Source: Podarcis vaucheri
Taxonomy: Eukaryota
Reading direction: 5' to 3' (one strand)
NCBI GenBank assembly: GCA_965113315.1
Contig: OZ220366.1
DNA: 64,000 bases
The position numbers were made by a program, and so were the translations under genes. This document shows positions 1 through 10,652 of this stretch, in pieces. Each line of letters starts with the position of its first letter. The first letter of the stretch is position 1. The notes under the pieces are model-generated. The model worked only from the letters and a program-made list of their open reading frames with translations, searched no databases and was not told where the DNA came from.

Positions 1-163
1 GCTGGAGTTCAAGCATGTTGAAAAAGGAACTAATTCCTGTTCCTACTCATCCCTTTACAAAACAAACTAGTTAAGTTCAGTCAGTTCAGTTCAAGTCAAT
101 CGAAATGATCATCTGCATCCCCACTCTAGCATCCAGAATGGAAGAAGCTATGGTGCTGAAGTA

Positions 164-332
164 CCGTATTTTTTGCACCATAACACTCACTTTTTTCCTC
201 CTAAAAAGTAAGGGGAAATGTCTGTGCGTGTTATGGAGGGAATGCCTACGGGTGGCATGCCTACGGAATTTCCTCCTCTAAAAACTACGTGCGTGTTATG
301 GTCGGGTGTGTGCTATAGAGCGAAAAATACGG
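164..332. mobile_element. Tc1/mariner-superfamily (Tc2-like) MITE
   Basis: TIRs CCGTATTTTT...AAAAATACGG, TA on both flanks, internal duplicated subterminal motifs (gtgcgtgttatgg). Confidence 0.75.
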
Positions 333-1819
333 TAGGTCAGCTAATATATGAAGGGTGGGGGAGGAATGGTAGGCAAAAAGAAGATTCTGAGAGGAAGGCA
401 AATTTTACCTTGCATATTATAATTCTCTCTCTCTGCTTCTCTTGGCATATTGCACTAATGCCCCAACCCAATGGCCATATTTTGCATGTGAGAATGCTTG
501 TTCAAGTGCATTCTCTGAGGCCAAATAATAAGTTCATTTCTAAAAGTCAAAGTAGAACTCTAACTACTAGATCAGATATTCAGCATTCAGATGTGCCTAC
601 CAGGTTGAATGGGACCACTGCCTCAGATTTTCCCAAAACACAAAACAATTTTTCCTCTCACAACTAGCTGCCCCTGACATGGGCCCACATTTTAGGCTAA
701 AGCAGAGAAAGTCTGAGCGAGTCATAAATCCATTATTCATCTTTCTAGTGAAATATCTCTGCACGATGCCCTCCAGGAATTGGCAGAAGATGCAGAAATT
801 AACCAAAAAACATGGGAAGCGATTGCATGAATCATTCACAAACCCCTTTGCACTCTATTCAAGAAGGATATAAGAAACTTGCTAAGGAAGACCACTGGTC
901 CATCTAGCTCTGTATTGTCCACCATTTTGGACAGCAGCTCTCCAGGGTTTCAGAGAAGGGTGACCTCAGTCCTGCCCAGAAATGCCAGGGAGTGGACCAG
1001 GAACCTTCTGCATGCAAAGCAGATGTGCTACCTCAAAGCCACAGCCCCTTCCTGTAATGGTGCAACTCCTCAGAAGTTCGATATACATCTAGGTTGAAGG
1101 CTAACAATGATTTATCTGCCATTAGAAAGGAAGGAAATATATTAAGGTAACTGATTTGGAACTTGTCCACTGATATTTAGTTCAACATATGCAATATGCC
1201 ACTAAGAAACTGTTGGGATACTGCCAGGGAGCCAAAGTCCATCATGGCCCCACGTCGCCTCCGGACGTCCATCGATCTCCCGTAGACACGCAGTATCAGC
1301 AATTAGCGACACGAGCTCCAGAAATAGCTTGCCACTTTCCAGAGCTGATGCACGCTCTTATCAGCAGATAATGCACAGCGAAAGATGCACGCAGGAGAGC
1401 ATTATTTATAAGTTTATTCTGCGTTAGTCAGAACAGAGAAAAAACATGACCGCCTGCTTCAGCGTTCAGGCACCGAGAGAGAGAAACGAAAGCAACAGAA
1501 AACATAAACTTCCTGTCAACAGGAAATACGCAGACTCTGTGACTCACAAAGCCTGCTCCCTTTTAAGGTGGAACGGAAATATCCTAACATCAACATCCCT
1601 ATTTCCTATTGCAATAAACAAAGCTGGTATTATGAAGTTTTGTTGCACAACTCGGGTTACCTTTCCCTGCTTTCCCCCAGGCACACATATTTTGCACACA
1701 TATTTTGGACAGTCGTGTCATTTCTGCTTCAAGAGTCTTTCAGCTGGAAGTGAATGTTGCTTTGTCTCATGCGCCCACGCTGCATTCAGCTGGCAAACTG
1801 ACTTCATCCTAATCAATTT

Positions 1820-1880
1820 AGAATCACAGATTGGAAGGGAGTTGGAAGGGACCACAAGGATCATCTAGTCCAACTCCCTG
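1820..1880 (-). mobile_element. CR1 LINE 3' end fragment
   Basis: gagttggaagggacc...atcatctagtccaactccctg is the reverse complement of the CR1 3' terminus seen at 2560-2612. Confidence 0.65.
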
Positions 1881-2411
1881 AATGGCTTTAACTGCCAAAT
1901 TAGATATCAATTGTCACCAAGCCTCGGAATCGGCTTGATTTATCATATTCCTGAACAGACTTGATCTTGCAGCCTTGTGACTTGTGATTCGGACCCCTCA
2001 AATCACATTGCCGCTTCGCATCACACATAGGACTGTCTAGATCACATCTGAACAAGAACTGAGGAGGCAAGATAGGGACAAAAGGGCAAAATTAAAGGAT
2101 AAGAGAATATATGGAGCAATATATTAGAGGACCAGATAATTGCAAGGTGGGAATCTGTCTCAATCAATGTCATGTCTGAGCCTGTGGAAAAAATCCTGTG
2201 CTTAAAAATGCCCCCACAGACAGAGCTTTTACCCTAAAGCTCAGTGTTGGAGGAAATAATATTTTATTTATTTTATTTTATTTTATTTCACAAAATTTAT
2301 ACAGCACACTGCTTGATTGTAAGAGACCTCAAAACAGCTTACAGAAAGATACAACAAGAAAAATGAGGGGGGGGGGGAAGTACAGCAATAGTATAAGACA
2401 TACAAAAAAGT

Positions 2412-2612
2412 TTTTTCCTGCTCCACAGTCTAGGACCCAAACCAATGGATTTGAGTTAAAAGAAAGGAGATTCCATGGACTCTCCTTCCTTGGAAGTTTT
2501 TAAGCAGAGGTTGGATGGCCATCTGTCATGGATGATTTAGCCGATATTCCTGCATTGCAGGGGGTTGGGCTAGATGACACCTGAGGTCCCTTCCAACTCT
2601 ATCATTCTATGA
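2412..2612 (+). mobile_element. CR1 LINE 3' end, internally deleted
   Basis: ttggaagtttttaagcagaggttggatggccatctg...ggtcccttccaactct followed by an ATTCTATGAT tail. Confidence 0.8.
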
Positions 2613-5600
2613 TCCCTGCAACATTGCACCAATAGATCTACTGCTCATTCCTAGAAAAACACAGCAATGCTAAGGTTTGGTCGACCTTATCGGAAAGCAG
2701 AGACACCATTTTTAATTCTTCCTATGACCTCAGGGACCGATATAAGAATTATCTTTGCTGGGAAATTGCTTAAAGTCACATCATAAATCATTCGGGGTTA
2801 CGTTCAGCAAGAGAGCTGGCTTTAGTTGTTATCATTTTAACTGTAAAATGTGACAAAACTGAACACTGTATGGTCAAAGGCTCTGCTTTGCATAAATGTC
2901 AAGCTTTCGTAAAACAAAAAAAAAGTATGATGTGACGCTTCGATACTGCTATAAACAGGGGTGAAACAATCAGTTACATATGGTGTTTGAGTTTTAAGTA
3001 GCAGCGATTCACACTTGCGCCAGAGTTTACCATTTACAATTGACGTAATGTTAGCCATGTCTTGAGTCAAGAAAATGCGATTCAGTTTTTCAGCTTAGTC
3101 CTTCAAATGTATCTTGGGTAGGGATGGAGAAATTCAAGCCTGGCCACTGTTCAGAGTTGCTTCCAGTCAGTGCATAGCAATTGGGGGGAAGTCTCTTGTT
3201 TTTATTGTGTTATCTTTTGCTAAACTTCAACAGAAAGTTTTGAGCATTTAGTTTATTTTTGTGTCCTGTTGCAAAGAGCTGTGCTGATGTCTGAGTTGGT
3301 TTCCCCCCACCCCCACCCCCTGTATAGCACTGGCATTTAAATCTGCCAGCATATCCCTATTAAATGCCTGCTTTCTTTCAGAATTTAACATGGGGGGGGG
3401 AGTGTTGTAAAGTGGGCCTGATCGCTCCTGGTGTGCTTGTGCCAAATACTTTCAGACTGTCACAGACAGCTGGTGTTTTTTCCTTCCATATGGAAAGGTC
3501 AGATATTTATGCGGTGACAAACGTGACAGCACATTTTCACTTTAGCTCAGTGCAAATTTTGTGGAAGTTGCTGTGATGTGAATAATGAACTACTAGGCTG
3601 CAAGTAATCCAGTCTGCCGAACGCTGTCGGTGACGGGTGAACTGCCAAAGGTTGAAAGGTTTTTCCTCTGGAAATGAAGATGAGCTGTTTCCATCACAGT
3701 TTAGCCCAGCTTCTCTGAAAGGATACAAGATGGATAGCTTAATTGCTTCTTGATTCCAAAAAACGGTTAGGCAAAAACAAATAGAAAATGGCAGGGACTT
3801 TCATGCAAGTTTATGATGGTCCAGTCCAGAAATAATTTTGTCTCAACTCTCATGTGCATTTGGCCTTGATATAAAACAACAACAGCAACTGCTAGGGCTG
3901 AGAAACATGTCCTAACTAGACTATTTAATATGTGCAGTCTTTAGCTATCCTTTCTTCAAAACTTCTATTGGAGGTTAATTATTGTGGAAGGGAGTTGTGA
4001 AAGAGAGACTGTAGACTAATTCCTACAAACCATAGACTACTTGTTCCTTTCCAGTGCTAGAACAGTTGGTGTCCTTTTCCACCTACCCACACCTCAAGTA
4101 CTATACGGTGTGAGAATTTAGCAAAGTGGAGAAACTGGACTCTAGATCTTGTTGGGGAAAGCTCCCATGATCTCTGGCCCATACTAACTGGGGAGCCGGA
4201 GTTCAACAACACTTGAAGGACCACCATTTCTTCAGCATTGATTTAACACATAACAGCCATATGTCTTGTAGCTCCATTTACTTCATGAGAGATTGCACAG
4301 ACAGGGCCATCCCATGTATGGCCATGTCTTTACCTGAGATGTTGGGGGGACTGACAGACTCCCACTCCCCCTGCAACACGGTCCACCATCCAGTTTGAAA
4401 CCATACAGGACCTGTTAGCTTTGCAAATGTACTAGCAGATTTTTTGAAATTGCTGCCCCACTTCTGAGTAAGCATGCCTAGGAATGCAGCGTTCATTAAC
4501 CTTTTAAAAATGGATGCCAAATGTACGATTCATTTTTCTTGGGATGATGCATATTACTGACAAGACAAAACTTAAATCATTTATTATTTTTTATTTTGCA
4601 CACAGTGGATAACCAGCGGGCATCGCCATGGAAACATAGTCACTCTGTTTGAGTTTCATCGCTCTCTGTCCTTCTAGAAGGCATCCTGTTTTCTTCACAC
4701 TTGACAGTTTCCTTTTGGCAAGTGGCCGTCCTGAATAACAGGACAACTTGTGTTAAGTTGCATTAATCCATATCTGGGAAAGCCAGTTCTTTCCTGGCAG
4801 TTCTTAGGCCTCCGGCAGCAATGATACTGCAGTATTACCAGCTGGAATGAGGGGGGATGTCAACAAAACTGACACTGCAGAGAGGTTTTAGTAGAGTCTC
4901 TTGGAAATAATGACCTTTCTTTTGTTCACTCCAAGCCTTTGGGACAGGTCAGAAAACACATTAGATTCCTTTACTAGCACAGAGTTGATCTGTGTTTAAT
5001 ATTGGCAGAAAGGCTTCATGAATCCTCTACAGGCACTTTAGGCCCCAGGAATGTGCAGTTAATTAAAGCAACTCAACTCTATTATGTTGCAGTGTCTCGA
5101 AGAGAGGTTGGCGATGAAGAGAGCTTCAGAAAACAGCACGAGCTTTTAGGCATCCTTCACTCCATTCTGGGGAAGCTTTGAGTTTCTCTCCCACAGCGAG
5201 AGAGAGGTAAGAAGGCACACTTTAATTGCTATTGAACACTGAGGCCAACTATATACTGATACATTGCCCAGGCATAATTTATTTGATCTGATATTATTTT
5301 AAAATCTTTTTACTGAGCAGTGTACCAATAAAACCTCTGGGGGTGCCTTGATTTATCATCAAATGGGAACGAAACACATGGAAGTGTAAAGCAGGAAGGA
5401 AAAGACAGAGCCATTGAAAGACAGCTCCCCAGGTGCTGCAGACTTGATGTAAATGCTGCATTGTATTTGAGATCATTTAAAGAAACAAAAGCGTAGAGAT
5501 CATTCAGAAAGCAAAAGTGTGCTGTTTCATTCCAGGGCTGGCCCTATCATTAGACAGAGTGAGACAGTTGCCTCAGGAGGGAAGATTCTCCTGGCCATTT

Positions 5601-6620
5601 CTCCTATCACAGTCCGCACCAGCTATTCTCCTGTATTGGAGATGAGAGCTGTGTGTGCCATTCAGTCTGTCTCATACACACCCCAAATAGGCTTCTGATA
5701 GTTGCAGTGGAAGATTCCTTCCAGTTGTCAGGATCAAAGTAAGTGAAATTCAGCTGCCTCCCCCAGTCATAAATAATTTTTTTAAATTTATATCCCACCC
5801 TTCCTGGTTCAGAAAACCGGGCTCAGGGCGGGTAACAACAAATTTAAAACACTTAATTGATGCAACAAAAAACCAGCATAAAATACAGTATAAAACATGA
5901 ATACCAATAAATTCAGAATTCAAAAATCAACTTAGCAGGGAAATCCATCCAGTAAACATTAGATGATCACCAGGGCTAGCTGGCTAAATTAGTCCTATTT
6001 GGGCCACCAAGGAGACTAGGGGAGAATTAGAATTATGCACAGAGCATGGGGAAAGCATCATGTTCTTTGCCTCAGATAGCAAAATGTCTTGGGCCAGGCT
6101 TTGGGCTGTTCTTGTATCTCAGTGGAGAGACAAGTTTTCCATCTTTATGAAAAGGAAAGAGAATTTCATTCTATCCATTGAAGATTCAGGTATGCAGCAT
6201 ATCCAGGTACGTATTGGTTGTGCAGAGGTGACTGTCTTTTTAGGCTTTGGTGTAGCTCACGGATCACTAAATGAGCTTGTTGAAGAGTGTTGGGAGAACT
6301 CAAGAGCTTGCCACAGTTTTGTGCAACAATGTTGTGACGCTTTGGTTGGACTTAATAAAGGAATTGCTCAGCTGTGGATTTCATAGTTTTTGCTCATCAT
6401 GCAGCACACAGATGGTACATTGGTGTTTTAGAAGCCTGCAGGTCAAGACTTTCCTGCCTTGATGAAGACTGTACCCATGATGACAAGGAAGAGATTAAGC
6501 CCAAGTGCACATGCCTTGTTCACTTTCATGTCTGGAGGTGACGTCAACAAGGCATTCTTGAGGGAGAACAATGCCCAATTAGTCTTGAAAGCTGAGGCTG
6601 GAAAGACAGAGAGACATGAC

Positions 6621-7187
6621 AGTGCCGAGGGCCTTCTGGTGGTTTCCTCGCTGCAAGAGGCCAAGTTACAGAGAACCAGGCAGAGGGCCTTCTCGGTAGT
6701 GGCACCCGCCCTGTGGAACACCCTCCCACCAGATGTCAGAGAAAAACAACTACCAGACTTTTAGAAGACATCTGAAGGCAGCCCTGTTTAGGGAAGCTTT
6801 TAATGTTTAATAGATTATTGTATGCCTGTTGTCTTTGTCCATGGAGTTTTCTTGGCAGGGATACTGGAGTGGCATGCTGGTTCCTGCTCCAGGTAGATCA
6901 CGTTTGGTCAAAACTCTCCACTATGACCTGTCCATCTTGGGTGGCCCTGCACGGCATAGCTCATAGCTTCACTGAGTTATTCAAGCCCCTTCACCACGGC
7001 AAGGCAGTGATCCATGAAGGGGGGAGGCAGTGGAAGATAGGAGTGCCTGGCGTGCTCTGGTCCATGGGGTCACGAAGAGTCGGACACGACTAAATGACTA
7101 AACAACAACAACAACAGATTATTGTATTTTAACATTCTGTTGCAAGCCACCCAGAGTGCCTGGGGAAACCCAGTCAGATGAGCGGGG
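6621..7187 (+). mobile_element. L2-type LINE 3' fragment interrupted by a BovB insertion
   Basis: Encodes ...RTRQRAFSVVAPALWNTLP..., typical of the L2 ORF2 end. The 3' UTR resumes after 7127. The same tail recurs at about 31441-31495 (+) and 22795-22885 (-). Confidence 0.75.
6824..7115 (+). mobile_element. BovB (RTE) insertion with an inverted 5' segment
   Basis: 12-bp TSD AGATTATTGTAT (6812-6823, 7116-7127). The 3' end is ggtccatggggtcacgaagagtcggacacgact plus (AAC)n. 6824-7023 is the reverse complement of the BovB 5' region as I recall it. Confidence 0.8.
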
Positions 7188-7196
7188 AAGGAGGGA

Positions 7197-7245
7197 TGGA
7201 AGGAAGGAAGGAAGGAAGGAAGGAAGGAAGGAAGGAAGGAAGGAA
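7197..7245. repeat. (GGAA)n microsatellite
   Basis: Read directly. Confidence 0.95.
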
Positions 7246-7384
7246 GACTTGCTCTCTGTGAGAATCCAAAGTTATGATTTGGGTGCCCCCCTGAAACCTA
7301 GTGAGGCAGCAGGATTTGCTAGAATGTTAATGACATGGACCTTCTATTTTCTACTCAGCCTGTGTGTGTGTGTTGACCAAATTG

Positions 7385-7477
7385 CAGGAGGCAGTGGAAG
7401 ACAGGAGTGCCTGGCATGCTCTGGTCCATGGGGTCATGAAGAGTCGGACACGACTAAACGACTAAACAACAACAACA

Positions 7478-7480
<3 letters not shown>
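7385..7480 (+). mobile_element. BovB 3' end fragment
   Basis: Near copy of 7023-7115 with an (AAC)n tail. Confidence 0.8.

Positions 7481-7532
<52 letters not shown>
7481..7532. repeat. (TA)n microsatellite
   Basis: Read directly. Confidence 0.97.
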
Positions 7533-7534
<2 letters not shown>

Positions 7535-7745
7535 GTCAAAACAAAATAAAAAAGTTCCTTTCAGTAGCACCTTAGAGACCAACTAAGTTTGTTATTGGTA
7601 TGAGCTTTCGTGTGCATGCACACTTCTTCAAATACCACATGAAAGCTCATACTAATAACAAACTTAGTTAGTCTCTAAGGTGCTACTGGAAGGAACTTTT
7701 TTATTTTGTTTCGACTATGGCAGACCAATACGGCTACCTACCTGT

Positions 7746-7748
<3 letters not shown>
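7535..7748. mobile_element. Second Penelope-like family: short fold-back with a one-sided tail
   Basis: About 80-bp imperfect inverted repeat (7535-7614 vs 7636-7715) plus a roughly 33-nt extension (7716-7748). It sits between (TA)n and (TG)n and carries a hammerhead-like motif. Confidence 0.75.
7599..7634 (-). ncRNA. Degenerate minimal hammerhead ribozyme motif (C3 to U change)
   Basis: The minus strand reads UAU-UUGAAGA-A-GUGUG(CAUG)CACAC-GAAA-GC-UC-AUA: 3-bp stem I, 5-bp stem II, palindromic AGCU. The first core base is U instead of C. Confidence 0.62.

Positions 7749-7792
<44 letters not shown>
7749..7792. repeat. (TG)n microsatellite
   Basis: Read directly. Confidence 0.97.
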
Positions 7793-7795
<3 letters not shown>

Positions 7796-10489
7796 CTCAA
7801 CCTTATATCACAGAAATGGCGTAGTCTTCAGTGACCAGCATTTCAAGGAAGCTAAACTCAAGTTTTGCAGTGGGACCCCTGAGATCCCTTGCCATTCTGG
7901 TATCAGCGAATACATAACAATACACTTTTGTCAATTTCTCTGCAGTGTGAGAAACTCAAGCAAAACATGTTACCATAGTGATCCACTGTCTCTGGGAGAA
8001 TCAAGTGGCCTCATACCATTCTTACATTATTTTTCTAACAACTGCTAACAACTCAAGGGCTGGTATATCTTTATAACTGTGTACTTTCTAAAGCTAAGCT
8101 AACAGAAACGAGACACGCTCCTATAACGTCACGATAAGGCATTTAACGGCAAAAGGTAAATGTGCTTTGCTGTGGCTATAAATGAAGTTTGGTGTGCATA
8201 TATTTATCTGTAGTGTTTATAGGCTGTCCTATAAGAAGAAATCTCCAGTGTGGCTTCATACATTCATACATGTCTATATTATCTTTCTTGTGTGTTTAAA
8301 TACATAGCTCTACCCTCTACCTGGAACAATGATGCACAAGGAGAGGATTTACTGTAGAGAATTGCATTGCAGGGCTTTGCTCCTGCGAATTAATTGGGAC
8401 AGTGATGCTGATACCAGTCTTGCTTTCTGCCTGTCCTATGGGTGTTCCTGTTCCACATGGGATGGACATTTGGAATTTGCTTCTGTGCTCCTTTGGGAAA
8501 TTCTAAAAATGCACACATCCTGCCATGATAAATTTCCACATTTCTCCTGACAGTTTTTATCAGATTGCTGCATCGACTCGTTTGACACGTGAAGACTGAA
8601 AAGTACTCTGGCATTTCTTTTCTACATACTGATCCCCCCCCCCCATGAACACGGAGCTGGTATTTGTTGGAGGTCATTAAAACACTGCCTGCAGAGTCAG
8701 AGTTTTAAATCAGGCCAGAGCTCACATGCCAATCTGACCCGTTCCTGGTGGTGGCTGATGCTGGCATAAAAAGATTCACACGGAATCAAGTGACCCAAGT
8801 AAAAGTACCAGGCAGAGAGTGGAGCTATGCTACATACTGTAGTAGTAGAATTGGTTACTCGTCACGTAGTGGTAAGTCACTCACATGTTACAGAATGTTG
8901 CCCTCAGTCTGGGGATCAGGCTGCCTCAAATTCAACCGCATGGTTCTAGGAGTTGTAGATATGTATGCATCTTAATCTAGCAAAACATCACCACCCAGTA
9001 TTATTACTACCAGTATTAATACTGGTAGTAATAGTATTATTACTACTACCAACAGACTTATTACTACCAACAGCCATAATTAATCCCACTTCTCATCCAG
9101 TGGGGCTGTTCCTCACTTTAATTAAAACTGCATCTGATTCCTGAATGCTGTGTTTTTCATTGTACAAATTATGGTTCACTGTGTGCTCTAGACAGATTTT
9201 TGCTTAGGGCTTTCCCCCCCCAGCCAGAATTTACCAGAAATCAGTTCTGGCACTTCTTGAGTGGGTGCCATTGCCATTATCAGAGAACGAGGGAGGCATC
9301 CATGATGCGTTCCAGCACCTGTTTTTCTAAAAAAATAGCACTGCTTCTGCTACAGGGACAATCAGAAGCCACATAACATAAATGGTTCGTTTGAATATAG
9401 GGAAATAATATGCCCTCTCCGCAGGAATGATTTTGTCACACTATTTTGTACTGCTATGAGTGAGTGAACCCCACAACTTCATGAGTGTCAATTATAGAAT
9501 TATAAAGAGTGATCTGTCCTAACCTGGCATCCTCCGGTTGTTTAGGAGTGCAACTTGCAGCAGCACCAGCCTGCAGGCCCAATGGCTATTGATGGGAGCT
9601 GAGGTCCAAAACATCTGGAAGGCACAAGGTTGAGCAAGGATGAGCAAGGGTATGGCAACTGGAATGACAATATATTTGCCCAAGCATGCCTTCCTGTGTG
9701 ATCTGTAGCTGCTACCTTTGTGAAGGGCAACATTTCATCCTATTGTATTCTGCCTGGTCTGGAGGAGTAGAAAGGTTTGGCCTGGCAGACTCCCTTTTGT
9801 TGGCAGAATGAGCCTTTGTATAACTAAAGAAATGTCCTAGTACAGGTGATACGCTGCCAATAGAAGTTAAACAGCTGCAGGTCCTTATGGAACGATATGT
9901 GCCTTCCTTACCCACAGGCTGGAGGTGATGCCATCAAAGTGTCTGAGTGAGAAAGAGAACGAAACAACCCTGTCTTGGAACTGGGGCTGAAAGAGACTTG
10001 CTCTCTGTAAGAACCCAGTGTTTTGGCCAGAGCCGGCCTGTTCATAAAGCGGGGTGTAGCACTCACCTCAGGCGGTGGAACTCCAAAGGGCCCAGCAACA
10101 AAAATTTGAGCGTCGCCTAGGCTCTCACTGAGTTTAGCGATAGCCGAGGCACAGCAGCAGCATAGTTGGTGGTGGGCATTGGCATGGCAGAAGTGTGGCA
10201 ATAAAAGTAAATGTATATCCAATCCCTTTAGGTTTTGCCCGCATGTTTGCCTTGTTTTGCTTTAAAGTCCTCCAAGAGATCAAACTTGCCAAAATATTGA
10301 ATTGCTTTATGATCTACTCAGGGAACATAAAATGACACAATGTACATTCTGGGATATGATCCAGAAATTCTTGGCTACTGTCCTCCATAATTAATATACA
10401 TTTAAGCTCCATAAACTTCAGGGGGACTTATGGAAGATGCAGTTGTGCACTATCCGATTAAGATAATTTTGTCATGGCTATCTTCAGTC

Positions 10490-10652
10490 ATCCCAGCACA
10501 GGGCTCGCACTCTGGGCCTTGTTTTCGTGACTGGGCAGGAAGAAGATGATCTGAAAGTGGGGGATACTGACACTCCTGTCAAAGCCCTGGATGACATATG
10601 GAACATCTGGCTGGCTCAGGCCATTGACACGATCACCCCTGAGCACCCTCTC
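10490..10652 (+). mobile_element. Degraded L2/CR1-type ORF2 fragment
   Basis: Translates in part to ...DIWNIWLAQAIDTITPEHPL, resembling the region after the endonuclease in L2-type LINEs. Confidence 0.45.

Noticed and set aside
218-667. 149-aa ORF
   Set aside because: It begins inside a MITE and has no recognisable domain.
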